64,000 bases of DNA from an uncultured Pseudanabaenaceae cyanobacterium (GCA_938017515.1 CALIJJ010000019.1:1415-65414), one strand, 5' to 3'; shown: positions 40,798-50,620, counted from the stretch's first letter. Notes: generated by a model from the sequence alone, not told the origin. Numbers and translations: made by a program.

Positions 40798-41127
40798 CTA
40801 CCAATCGCAGCAGGGCTGAATGCCCATGCGGTCCATGAGTAACTCGCTAACGGCGTTGGCAACGGGGAATTCTCCAAAGAAACTTTCGGAAAAATCGAAG
40901 GATTTCATCTCCATCACAATGGCGATGACGATACCGCCCAGATCATTCTCCCCTTCCATACGTTGGCGGACGTAGACTTTGGCCGCTCGGGTGGCAATCT
41001 CTTGATTGACGGCCTCCGGAATGAACTGATGGTCGAGCCACTGATGAAGCGCTTGCTGGAGCCAAATCTCTTCCTGAAGTAGGTCTTCGGAGGGCGGTAG
41101 GGTGATAGATGGTATGGGGTCAGCCAT
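40798..41127 (-). CDS. hypothetical protein (109 aa)
   Basis: Clean ORF with protein-like composition. No family recognised. It does not have the ClpS core. Confidence 0.5.
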   Translation of the reverse strand: MADPIPSITLPPSEDLLQEEIWLQQALHQWLDHQFIPEAVNQEIATRAAKVYVRQRMEGENDLGGIVIAIVMEMKSFDFSESFFGEFPVANAVSELLMDRMGIQPCCDW

Positions 41128-41369
41128 GGACCAAGCATTCCTTTAGGATTTTATCCATACTAGCTCCTAAGTATCGCTGTCACGGCGTTTCAGCCTTGCC
41201 TCTTAATGTTCTTTGATGCTGGGCGTCCGCTTCTTTGCTGAAGAAGCTGAACGGCACAGAATAGAATGGGAGGGACCGTTGATACGAGGAGACGCTAGAA
41301 GCATTTCCAACATAGGAAACCCGAGTATTCCAAGAGATGTAGTTCTGCGCTGCATAATCATAGGAACTA

Positions 41370-41990
41370 TTGACGGATAAGCATTGGAGACCAGGAACCT
41401 TTGCCGTGATCGAAGCCACCAGTGCTACGCAAATTATTGAAGGCTATGCCCAGGGCTATTTCCTGATGGCGGATGAGGATGAGGGTGGGCTTGGATGGTA
41501 TACCAGTCGCAAGCGCGCCATTATCCCCCTGGATGATCGTTTTCGGCACCCAAAATCCCTACGGCGTGTGCTCAATCAAAAGCGCTTTGACGTCGCCATT
41601 AACCGGGATTTCCCGGCGGTTTTGGAGGGATGTGCGAATCGTGAAACCACTTGGATCTCTGAAGACTTGAAGGAGATCTATCGACTGCTCCACCGCGAAG
41701 GATGGGCCCATAGCTTTGAAACCTGGGAGGGCGATCGCCTGGCGGGGGCAATCCTTGGCATTGTCATTGGCGGTGCTTTTATGGGGGAGTCGATGTTTTT
41801 CAACATCCCCGAGGGCTCGAAGGTTGCCATGGTAGAGCTAGTGAACCGGTTGCGGGCGCAGGATTTTGTGTTGTTTGATGCGCAGATGCAAAATCCCCAT
41901 TTGGAGCGCTTTGGGGCCTATGTGATTGGCGATCGCGAGTATGAGGTGTTGTTGAGAGAGGCGATCGCCCGAGACTGCACCCTTAGATAG
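41370..41990 (+). CDS. aat: leucyl/phenylalanyl-tRNA--protein transferase
   Basis: L/F-transferase blocks (IIEGYAQGYF, WISEDLKEIY, GESMFF). The start codon is uncertain. Confidence 0.7.
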   Translation: MTDKHWRPGTFAVIEATSATQIIEGYAQGYFLMADEDEGGLGWYTSRKRAIIPLDDRFRHPKSLRRVLNQKRFDVAINRDFPAVLEGCANRETTWISEDLKEIYRLLHREGWAHSFETWEGDRLAGAILGIVIGGAFMGESMFFNIPEGSKVAMVELVNRLRAQDFVLFDAQMQNPHLERFGAYVIGDREYEVLLREAIARDCTLR

Positions 41991-42169
41991 GGATTGCACA
42001 CCGAGATAAGGGAGAAGTCGAACATTGAGTACTCTTGGTCTGAACTCCGATATGACTCAATAGAATTCTGATGGGCCTTTCGTCTGTTTGTAGAAACTCT
42101 AAAAGCTATGATTTTTTAGAGCTCTAAAAGCTATGATTGGTACCTCAATATTAAATTCGGTGAGCTCCT

Positions 42170-43039
42170 ATGGAATCTTATATTACCTATAATGTTGGGG
42201 GCTATGATCTGGCATTTCCATCAGATCATATGATGCCGCGATATCAAGAAAAGTGGCGCCGATACGATACAGCACTTGCTTATATCGGGCAGATAGTTTT
42301 TTCCAAATATCCTGGCTCTTCTGCAATTGATATTGGAGCCAATGTTGGCGATAGTGCAGCATTGATTCAGCAATATCAAAAGGTGCCAACCTTGTGCATT
42401 GAAGGTAACCCTGAATTTATTCAATATTTAGAACATAACGCTTCTGTTATTGAAAATATCGAGATTGAAGACTCTTTTCTCGGCAAAGATGGAGAAAAAA
42501 TATCTTTGGAACACATGCGTAGTGAAGGAGGTACTGCTTCCGTGACTAACGCTGTAGAGAAAGATGGATTCTTTGTGTCGTATGCAAAAAGTTTGGAGTC
42601 AATTCTAGACCATAGACCATTCTTCAATAAATCAAAGCTACTGAAAATTGATACTGACGGCTTTGACTTTCTTATTATTCAAGCCTCTCATGAATTTATT
42701 CGAAAGAGCCAGCCAGTAATCTTTTTTGAGTATGATATTACGTTCTCACAATCAGGAATTCTTGAAGCAAAAGAAGCTATAGAGCTGTTGATTCGTGTTG
42801 GATATAAGCGATTTATCTTCTATGATAATTTTGGAAACTATTGCATGAGCTTTAGTGATAGTCAGTTAGAAATTCTAGAAGACCTTAACAGATTCTTGTT
42901 CTCTAATCGATTTTTGAGTGGTACACCTTCTATCTACTACTATGATGTTTGTGCATTCTCGCAGGAGGATGAAGAGCTATTCACTGCTGTTAGAGTGTTA
43001 GAGTCAGAAGCAACTGATCAATGGCTGAAAGCACAATAG
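42170..43039 (+). CDS. FkbM family methyltransferase
   Basis: 289 aa. The IDIGANVGDSA motif is typical of the FkbM methyltransferase domain. Strongly AT-rich coding sequence. Confidence 0.65.
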   Translation: MESYITYNVGGYDLAFPSDHMMPRYQEKWRRYDTALAYIGQIVFSKYPGSSAIDIGANVGDSAALIQQYQKVPTLCIEGNPEFIQYLEHNASVIENIEIEDSFLGKDGEKISLEHMRSEGGTASVTNAVEKDGFFVSYAKSLESILDHRPFFNKSKLLKIDTDGFDFLIIQASHEFIRKSQPVIFFEYDITFSQSGILEAKEAIELLIRVGYKRFIFYDNFGNYCMSFSDSQLEILEDLNRFLFSNRFLSGTPSIYYYDVCAFSQEDEELFTAVRVLESEATDQWLKAQ

Positions 43040-43224
43040 CTCTGCATAATCGTTGGCTATTTCCAGTTTCAGCAAGGCTGTTTGAATAAGGAGGGCATAC
43101 ACCACGTGAGCGAAGGTAGATATCTTTAGCTTAGAAAGATAGTAGAAAATATTTCCTTATTTGCACTCGATTACTGTCCTGAAAACGGTTGTGTCCTCTA
43201 AGATGTGTACGAAAAAAATGTAAT

Positions 43225-44028
43225 CTATGCTCCGTAGCCTGCATCTAAATACTCTTGGACTTCATCTAAAGAATTACAATATTTCCCAATAATCTGATAT
43301 TTTTTTTCATTTGGGGCACGTTCACAAAGGCTCAGATAGGAACGCTCACCAGCCCAGCCATTAAAACAAACTCGAAGATGAAGTGCCGCAGTATCTTCGA
43401 GCAGATCCGGAAGGTTAGAAAAGAAGTTTTGATAGAATTTTAGATAGCGGCTCTCACATAGATAGGCTTTGTTAAATCCCAAGGCTACACAATGAATTTT
43501 CGGGTTTGCACGAAGATAATCAAACATCGCATGGGTGCAGCATGCATGAGGCACGCTAAAAATATCATCTAAGACAATTAAGCCAAAGGGGGCGAGGCAC
43601 CGAAAGGATAGCTCTAAATCTGAATAGACAGCATCATAGCTATGCTCACCATCAATATGAGCATAGCGAACCTGTGGAATATGGTCGCCAAAAAAATGTG
43701 AGTCATTTTTTGCTACAAAACGAGAATCATATTGAAAATAGTTGAGCTTTTTAGGCTCAATCTGTGAGAACTCGATGACCCTAGCACTAACTGCATTAGT
43801 GTCTGCATAGGGATCGATCAACAAGCATCGTTCATCATCATCAAGAGCTGCTGCTAGTAGCGCTGCTGTGTAGCCATATAAGACTCCTATCTCCAGAATA
43901 TCCCCCTGTACTTGATGAAAACACTGATAACCCAGAAGTTGATCAAAAATATGGAGATTCCAATCTCCAAGCAAGGCATTTGGGAATGATTGCTTGAATT
44001 TGCTCGTAAGATTTGTTTCAGTAGACAT
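43225..44028 (-). CDS. class I SAM-dependent methyltransferase (TylF/MycF-like O-methyltransferase fold)
   Basis: 267 aa. EIGVLYGYTAALLA glycine-rich SAM loop and the IDGEHSYDAV block. AT-rich. Confidence 0.55.
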   Translation of the reverse strand: MSTETNLTSKFKQSFPNALLGDWNLHIFDQLLGYQCFHQVQGDILEIGVLYGYTAALLAAALDDDERCLLIDPYADTNAVSARVIEFSQIEPKKLNYFQYDSRFVAKNDSHFFGDHIPQVRYAHIDGEHSYDAVYSDLELSFRCLAPFGLIVLDDIFSVPHACCTHAMFDYLRANPKIHCVALGFNKAYLCESRYLKFYQNFFSNLPDLLEDTAALHLRVCFNGWAGERSYLSLCERAPNEKKYQIIGKYCNSLDEVQEYLDAGYGA

Positions 44029-44085
44029 TTCTGAGGATTTTATAAATGACTTGACGGGATTTTAAGGAAAATATGTCTGAGATAT

Positions 44086-45249
44086 TTAGAGCATATTAAC
44101 TAAAAACTTTTCAACATCCGCTGTCGCTTTTTCTTGGCTAAATCGGGAGCAGGCATTTTCCTGTCCACGCAGAGCGACACTCCTCCATATTTCCTTGTCT
44201 TTGGAAATTGAAGCAAGAACATTAGACAGGTCAATGGGGTCTTCTGGCTCAAAGAAAAAACCATCTTCACCATGAGAGTTGACAATTTCCTTTGCTCCTC
44301 CCGTTCCACTGGTTACGAGTGTTAACCCGGCTGCCATTGCCTCAATTTGGCTTATTCCAAAAGGCTCATCGAAGCGTGAAGGAAATACAAGAATATTGTG
44401 GCTTCTGTAGAGTGCCACTAGCTCTTTTCTTGAAAGGGCACCCACCAGTTTTACTTTTTTACTCAGGCCTTCTGACTCAAGAAATGATTGAATTTCATCT
44501 ACATATCCTGGTACGAATGTCCCTCCAGCAATTGTCGCATTAAATTCAACCTCATTCGAATGGAGTAAGTATAGTGCTTCTATCAAGATGTCAATTCCCT
44601 TGTAGGGAGCAACGAGACTCGCGTAGGCAATATTGAGATGTGCCTGATCAGGTATATTTTTAGAATAAAAATCGTCAACACAAGCACCTGGATAGATTGT
44701 TTTTGCACCAGTCATTGGATATTTAGTGGATGCTAGATTATAGCGAATCCAATCGCTACAGGTGATGTATCTAAATTTTGAGTTCCTTGGGGCTGATTGC
44801 CAGCTATATCCTGGTTGAGCATTCATGACGTAATGAGCCGTCGGAATATTGTGCTCTAATATTTTGTGGAGTAATGATGCATCGAATTGAAGCAGGTCAA
44901 TATTTCCTACTAGACAAACATCTGGATGGAATTGCTCAATTGTCTCTTCAATCGCAGAAAGATTATGAAGATTACTAGATTGAATTGTCTCAGTTTCAAA
45001 TAGTTGTGTTCCTTGCTCAGACCACTTCCCAAATAATTTTAGTTCTCTAGAGATAGGTGGATCTGAGAAATTTTGATCATATGGTGCGTATAAGTAGTCT
45101 GCATCACCACACAAAACCTTAACTTCATGCCCCTCCTTTTGGAGGATGCGCCCAAAGTCGGCCATCGATCGCTCATATCCCCCCAATGATTGAGGAGGAT
45201 ATAAGTTATTAATCAGTAATATTTTTAGCTTAGAATTTTGAGGCATCAT
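44086..45249 (-). CDS. glycosyltransferase family 4 (GT-B)
   Basis: 387 aa. N-terminus KILLINNLYPPQSLGGYER and a C-terminal EX7E-like region (FPSRFDEPFGISQIEAMAAG). AT-rich. Confidence 0.7.
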   Translation of the reverse strand: MMPQNSKLKILLINNLYPPQSLGGYERSMADFGRILQKEGHEVKVLCGDADYLYAPYDQNFSDPPISRELKLFGKWSEQGTQLFETETIQSSNLHNLSAIEETIEQFHPDVCLVGNIDLLQFDASLLHKILEHNIPTAHYVMNAQPGYSWQSAPRNSKFRYITCSDWIRYNLASTKYPMTGAKTIYPGACVDDFYSKNIPDQAHLNIAYASLVAPYKGIDILIEALYLLHSNEVEFNATIAGGTFVPGYVDEIQSFLESEGLSKKVKLVGALSRKELVALYRSHNILVFPSRFDEPFGISQIEAMAAGLTLVTSGTGGAKEIVNSHGEDGFFFEPEDPIDLSNVLASISKDKEIWRSVALRGQENACSRFSQEKATADVEKFLVNML

Positions 45250-45264
45250 GTTAGTCGTTAAAAA

Positions 45265-47460
45265 CTATTTCTTGTCGCAGTAAATTTCCCACATTTTCAG
45301 GAATGCATTTTCCATCTCTTTGGTAAAGGCTAGGCTATTCCAAAGAGGCGCGGAGTGTTTGGAATATTTCAATCTCTGAGATATTTTTCTACGAAGTCCC
45401 CCGTCTGTTCCAAAACTTACTCCCCAATCGACATATTCTGCAAATGACGTAGCGACTCCTTCATGAATGCCTGCATTCCTTAAAAAAGTATAGCCATTAC
45501 GGGACGAAAACTGACGACCCATCTGAGTCACAATGGGAATCTCCATCCACATAGCTTCTAAATTTGTCGTGGCTCCGTTGTAGGGATATGTGTCAAGAAT
45601 CACGTCTGCTATGCTTAAGTTGGCTCGATGGGTGAGCTCTGAATTGTCCCTGTCCAGAAAGCGTAATCTCTCGGGCGACACATTTGATTTTCTGGCAATA
45701 GTCTCGAACAATGACCGTACAGCTCCTCGGTGACCTAATCCTTTTACCAATAGATAACTATTCGGAACTTGCCTAAGTATATCTATCTGTGCCTGAACAA
45801 CATCTGTATTGAGCTTAATGGCATTCTGCATGGTTAGGTAGACGACTGAATCCTCTGGTATACCGAGTTTTTGACGTTTTATGCTAGGAACGCCAACTTC
45901 AAAACCGTCAACCGCAAGGTACACGTCTGATAGTCGCCAAATCTTTTCCTTGTACCAGGCTTCGGCTTCCTCTGGTAGGACGTTTGGATCTGCTATGAAA
46001 TAGTCAATAGTCGGCAATTCAGATGCATCAAAGCCTAGCCAAGTCACCTGTATTGGAGCAGGCTTAAGGCTCAATACGGCACTACTAACATCTAAAGTTA
46101 AACTATCCAAGTCAATAAGAATATCAATTTCGTCTTCGTAAATTTTCTGGGCAATCTCCCTAGAATTCACACCGACTGCATAAAAGCATGAGACATAGGG
46201 GACGAAAAAGCGATTTGCAAAAGTAAGATTGTCACTTTGTGTTATGAAATATGCGTATGTTTCGAAGCGTTCTCGATCATGATTTTGGATTAACCACCTC
46301 GATAACCAGCCGACTGAATGATTGTTGAAACAATGAGATAGATAGCCAATTTTGATTTTACTGTTGCTTCTCCTTTTTTTTTCTACTCTGGCTTTTTGAT
46401 GTTGAAAACGTGTTGATTCTGGGAAAACTTTATCGCAGCAACTTTGAGATAGTTCTCGTTGATATCGTCGGATTAACCTTGGGTTGTCTGATGTATATTG
46501 AAGTATAGATGGAGAATTAAGAAGTAGCCATATTAAGTCGTTGTCTGCTGATTTAGAAGGATTTTTCTTTAGGAAACCATCGAGATTATTCTTGTGCGCA
46601 GAAACTAATTCATCAAGCTTGTCCCATTCTAAGCAGGATTCCTTCGAAAGGCGTAGGCGCAAGTAGCTTCCCAATAAAGATGCTTCCTCTGTCGAAGCTA
46701 GCTGACAGAAATTTTCTACGCGAACGATCGCTTTCTCAAATAAATTCTCATGCTTGTAAAAAGAAACAAGGTTGATCAGAATCTTGTGATTGCCAGGAAG
46801 GGCGTCGTAAAGTTGTTCTGATACGGCAATAGCTAATGGATAGTTAAAATGAAAATGTCCAACTTTGATAATAATGGGCATCAATTCATCAGCTAATAAG
46901 CCATGTTGCTGCCTGCTAAGTCTTGAGGTGAGGGCGCATATGATGCGGCCAAAATCAGTTGCATCGGGCTGTAGCTTTAACACCGCCGAAAATAGCTGAA
47001 CTAATCTAGGAGCATCATCTTCAGTAATATTCTCTTGTTGCAGAGTTCGCTCTATCTTTAGATATAGTTCATCATTAGATTCCGTTAAATCTAGCTCTAA
47101 AGATAGCCTTAGTAAGGCTAAAAGATTATATGGGTTGACTGGTCCAAATTCTCGAATATATTGACGTAAGCTCCAAGCGCGCAAAAAATCTTCTCTCTCC
47201 TCATGTTGATTTGCTGCACGGCTTAGAATGGTGGCGAATACTTGAGATTGAGCCTCTGTCTCTTCCTCTGGAACTTGAGACATGCCCAGTATCCAGATTG
47301 TTTGAGCCTCATCTTCGTTACTTGTTAAAAGGGCTGCTGTGCCAGCATACCAATAGTTTGTGAGGCATTGATCTTCTGCTTCAATTAGTTGCCTATAGAT
47401 AGCAAGGCTGTCTAAATAACGACCTTCATCAAAAGCAGTTTTTGCTAATTCTTGGTTCAT
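45265..47460 (-). CDS. TPR-repeat protein fused to a GT41 (O-GlcNAc-transferase-like) glycosyltransferase domain, paralog B
   Basis: 731 aa. The helical N-terminal half is repeat-like. The C-terminal half carries the blocks IGYLSHCFNNHSVGWL, DILIDLDSLT, LVKGLG and DTYPYNGATTNLEAMWMEIPIVT. AT-rich. Confidence 0.65.
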   Translation of the reverse strand: MNQELAKTAFDEGRYLDSLAIYRQLIEAEDQCLTNYWYAGTAALLTSNEDEAQTIWILGMSQVPEEETEAQSQVFATILSRAANQHEEREDFLRAWSLRQYIREFGPVNPYNLLALLRLSLELDLTESNDELYLKIERTLQQENITEDDAPRLVQLFSAVLKLQPDATDFGRIICALTSRLSRQQHGLLADELMPIIIKVGHFHFNYPLAIAVSEQLYDALPGNHKILINLVSFYKHENLFEKAIVRVENFCQLASTEEASLLGSYLRLRLSKESCLEWDKLDELVSAHKNNLDGFLKKNPSKSADNDLIWLLLNSPSILQYTSDNPRLIRRYQRELSQSCCDKVFPESTRFQHQKARVEKKRRSNSKIKIGYLSHCFNNHSVGWLSRWLIQNHDRERFETYAYFITQSDNLTFANRFFVPYVSCFYAVGVNSREIAQKIYEDEIDILIDLDSLTLDVSSAVLSLKPAPIQVTWLGFDASELPTIDYFIADPNVLPEEAEAWYKEKIWRLSDVYLAVDGFEVGVPSIKRQKLGIPEDSVVYLTMQNAIKLNTDVVQAQIDILRQVPNSYLLVKGLGHRGAVRSLFETIARKSNVSPERLRFLDRDNSELTHRANLSIADVILDTYPYNGATTNLEAMWMEIPIVTQMGRQFSSRNGYTFLRNAGIHEGVATSFAEYVDWGVSFGTDGGLRRKISQRLKYSKHSAPLWNSLAFTKEMENAFLKMWEIYCDKK

Positions 47461-47474
47461 TGCTTTTGTGATTC

Positions 47475-49667
47475 TTATAAAGACTTACTATTACTATGAG
47501 ACTGCCACATCGCGAGATAGGCACTTTCCATGTCTTGTGTAAACTGTCTTGCATTCCACAGCGGAGCAGAACGCTTCGACTGTTTTAATTTCCAGGCAAT
47601 GTCATCTCTTAGTTCTTTATCAAGTCCAAGACGGATTCCCCAATCGACATATTCTTCATTAGACCAAGCAATTCCTTCCTTAACTCCTGCATTCTTCAGC
47701 ATTGTGTAGCTATTTCGAGCCGAAAATTGTTGTCCCACCTTTGTTACAATGGGTCGTTCCATCCAAAGAGCTTCCATTGTTGTAGTTGCTCCATTATAAG
47801 GATAAGTGTCGAGGACAATGTCTGATACAGATAGGTTGCCACGATGAATCTCTGATGATGAATCAATTCCGAGAAAAATAATTTTTTCTCGGGCAATATC
47901 CATATCCTTCGCAATGTCAGTAATGTATTGCTTGAGCATTTCTGTTGCACCCAATCCTTTGATCAGGAAGTAGCTATTGGGTACAGCCTTAATGATTTCT
48001 AATTGAAGCTTTAGCATCTCTGGATTTCGCTTCATCCCATTCTGAGCACTGAAATACAGAATAGAATCTTTTTCTAGGCCGAGACTTTTTCTAGATAACG
48101 TGGGTGGTGCGACCTCAAAACCATCTATTGCGACATAGGTAGACGGGAGGCGAAATATTTTTTCTGAATAGTAGCTGTCAGCATCTTCCGGAAGAACATA
48201 AGGATCAGCAATGTAGTAATCTATGCTTGGAATTCCAGATGCATCCCACCCTAGCCATGTTGCCTGAATTGGTGCGGGCCTAGAGCATAGAACTTCACAG
48301 CTTATGTCAAAGGTAATGCTGTCCAAGTCAATCAAAATGTCAATCTTATCTTGCATTATTTGATTGGAAATTTGGTTGGCACTATCAAGGCCAAATCGAT
48401 GAGCTGTATCTGAGCTTTGCTCATACCAATCTTGGATTGGATCGCTTCGTTCCAAGGCATTAACAAAATAAGTGAAAATTTCGAATTTCTCATGATCGCG
48501 ATTGTTGAATAAGGAACGAGCTAGCCAGCCAACAGAATGTCTTCTGAGACAAGATGATAGATATCCAATCCGCAGTCGATTTGACGGATTAATTTCAATG
48601 CTCTGAGGTGGATTGAAGTGGTCCATCTCCCTTTTGCAAAATGATCCTATTGCGTTAATGTAGTCTCGATTAGACTCTGGAGAATCTTCTAGGTAAGGTA
48701 ATACAAAACCACCTGAAAAAAGCCAAGAAACACTTGCCTTTCTTAGAGCTGAATCGCTATTGTTTAGTAGTTTAGAAAGAAATTGTTTATAATTTTTAGC
48801 TTCTTCCTGTGCCGCATCCCAGGCACTTCCTGATTGAATGTATGTTTTGATTAGTATATAACTGCAAACAACGTTCTCAACTAATGTTTTGGATAGCTCA
48901 CAAGATGACTTAGCTAGGGAAATGGCTGCATCAAAATCTCCAATGGATATTTTGACTGTGATGATGAGCCTTAGAAGATCAAGATGATCAGGCCTATAGG
49001 AGTAACAAAGATCTAGTAGGCGGAGTGCTCTTAGTGGTAGGCGGTGAGCATAATAAATAGTGAGTGAAGCATCGAGGATTGTGTCTAGAAAAAGAGAATC
49101 ACTGGTAAAAATGCGTGCACAAATCTCTGATAGTTCATAGGTGAGATCTAGAAGAGGAAACTGCTGAAGAGATATCTTCAATGTCTCTATTAATGTTTCT
49201 CGGTAGTCCTCCAGCACATTTATTTCAATGCTTTCAGATAGTTCAGATAATGTTTTTGATAATTCTAAAGATTGGTAAAAATCAGCTGTCAATAGATTGA
49301 GTTGATGGGAGAGCCGGAAGGCTTCTAACTTGTTCTGTAAGTCAGACTCATTGAACTGCTGGGCATGACAACGAAGTAACCAAGCATGCTCTAAGGAGTC
49401 TTGTTCTTCTTGGCGTATTGCTTCTTTGTTGAGAAGCCTGAATATATCTAAAGACCATTGTTCAACCTGTTCATCTGAAGCTTCATAGAGTTGAGACATC
49501 CAAGCCAGTTGCGCTGTCTCTTCGTTGCCCTCTAGTAGTTGAGCAATACCGAGCAACCATACGAAGGTGACTTTTCCAGTCTCTTCAAAATTCTCCTGGC
49601 AGAACTCTGCGATTTGAGCATATTCTCCCTGTGCAAACAAGGAGTCGAGTTCTTCTAGGGATGTCAT
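47475..49667 (-). CDS. TPR-repeat protein fused to a GT41 (O-GlcNAc-transferase-like) glycosyltransferase domain, paralog A
   Basis: 730 aa. The C-terminal half is collinear with paralog B (IGYLSSCLRRHSVGWL, DILIDLDSIT, LIKGLG, DTYPYNGATTTMEALWMERPIVT). The N-terminal half is divergent. AT-rich. Confidence 0.65.
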   Translation of the reverse strand: MTSLEELDSLFAQGEYAQIAEFCQENFEETGKVTFVWLLGIAQLLEGNEETAQLAWMSQLYEASDEQVEQWSLDIFRLLNKEAIRQEEQDSLEHAWLLRCHAQQFNESDLQNKLEAFRLSHQLNLLTADFYQSLELSKTLSELSESIEINVLEDYRETLIETLKISLQQFPLLDLTYELSEICARIFTSDSLFLDTILDASLTIYYAHRLPLRALRLLDLCYSYRPDHLDLLRLIITVKISIGDFDAAISLAKSSCELSKTLVENVVCSYILIKTYIQSGSAWDAAQEEAKNYKQFLSKLLNNSDSALRKASVSWLFSGGFVLPYLEDSPESNRDYINAIGSFCKREMDHFNPPQSIEINPSNRLRIGYLSSCLRRHSVGWLARSLFNNRDHEKFEIFTYFVNALERSDPIQDWYEQSSDTAHRFGLDSANQISNQIMQDKIDILIDLDSITFDISCEVLCSRPAPIQATWLGWDASGIPSIDYYIADPYVLPEDADSYYSEKIFRLPSTYVAIDGFEVAPPTLSRKSLGLEKDSILYFSAQNGMKRNPEMLKLQLEIIKAVPNSYFLIKGLGATEMLKQYITDIAKDMDIAREKIIFLGIDSSSEIHRGNLSVSDIVLDTYPYNGATTTMEALWMERPIVTKVGQQFSARNSYTMLKNAGVKEGIAWSNEEYVDWGIRLGLDKELRDDIAWKLKQSKRSAPLWNARQFTQDMESAYLAMWQSHSNSKSL

Positions 49668-49779
49668 GTCATACAGAAGTGCTTCAGCTTTTATATTCTA
49701 TGCAATTTTCATACTGCGAAGGTAAAATTTATTGCTCCTTGTATTTCTGTGTTCATTATGAACTGGCCTAAAATCAGAA

Positions 49780-49813
49780 AACGGCAACCCGATGAATATC
49801 TCAGGTTGCCGTT
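49780..49813 (-). terminator. hairpin terminator downstream of the pilin gene
   Basis: aacggcaacc-cgatgaatatctca-ggttgccgtt. Perfect 10 bp stem. The minus strand continues into a T-rich tract. Confidence 0.55.
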
Positions 49814-49865
49814 TGCCTATTAGGACTGTCGTCTATCAGCAATGCTAGATAGGGGCTGTCAGAGT

Positions 49866-50420
49866 TTAGGTTGCATCGTTCAGGGCCTTGGAGCCATTTG
49901 GGCAGGCCATTACAGTCGTTTGAGCTGCAGCTGCATCGAAACCTGTTGCAACAACCGCAACTGCACCAGTAGCAGCGACGTTTGCTTCGCAGAGAATACC
50001 TGCAGCCGTTGCGTCAACTTCAGTGGACTCTTGATACAGTTGAACTGCACCGCGGTATGCTTTCACAGAAGAGTCTCTGCTTGTAGAGTTGATTTGAGCA
50101 CCGCCAGCGCCTGTCGATTCAATGGTGTAGGTGTAGTACTCAGTTTGAGTCGGTACGCCAATGCCGAGTTCACCAAAGCTAGAACCAAACTGACGATTGT
50201 CTAGGCGATGAGCCTGCTGGGCACGGTTTACAGAACCAGTGTAGGTCTTAGCCTCAGACTGACGCGCCTTTGCTGCTTGGTTGAGGAAAGAAGGCAGGGC
50301 GATGGCAGACAGAATACCGATGATGATGATAACCACCAACAGTTCGATTAGGGTGAAGCCGCCTTCTTCCTTCTTATTGAGAAGGTGGCTCAGAAACTTA
50401 GCTTTAAATTCGTTCTTCAT
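49866..50420 (-). CDS. pilA: type IV major pilin, PilA1-like
   Basis: Prepilin leader MKNEFKAKFLSHLLNKKEEGG then FTLIELLVVIIIIGILSAIALPSF. This is very close to the Synechocystis PilA1 N-terminus. The C-terminal region has two Cys (a D-region disulfide) and is Ser/Thr/Ala-rich. Confidence 0.85.
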   Translation of the reverse strand: MKNEFKAKFLSHLLNKKEEGGFTLIELLVVIIIIGILSAIALPSFLNQAAKARQSEAKTYTGSVNRAQQAHRLDNRQFGSSFGELGIGVPTQTEYYTYTIESTGAGGAQINSTSRDSSVKAYRGAVQLYQESTEVDATAAGILCEANVAATGAVAVVATGFDAAAAQTTVMACPNGSKALNDAT

Positions 50421-50620
50421 TTGGGTTGTCTCTCCTAGAGGGTTGAAACGCGATGTATCATCTAGCTCCTAAATACAACTTACCCACCCCTTTTGGCTTT
50501 CATATCAACCAGCCTCTAGATTTACTTACTTTTGTCAAAGAGTAACGGGGAGGGAGAGGTAAGGCCTCTCAGAACAACCCTTGCAAGGGTAATTGACTAG
50601 ACAGTCTGTTTGGGTGAGCG

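Noticed and set aside
40798-41127. ClpS assignment for the 109 aa gene next to aat
   Set aside because: It lacks the conserved ClpS core segment (LxNDDxTPMEFV-like).
41990-49865. Integrative mobile element (integrase, transposase or tRNA-flanked island)
   Set aside because: No recombinase or transposase ORF is present. No tRNA abuts the island. Only a short local direct repeat lies at the left border. The island looks like a variable glycan locus rather than a mobile element.
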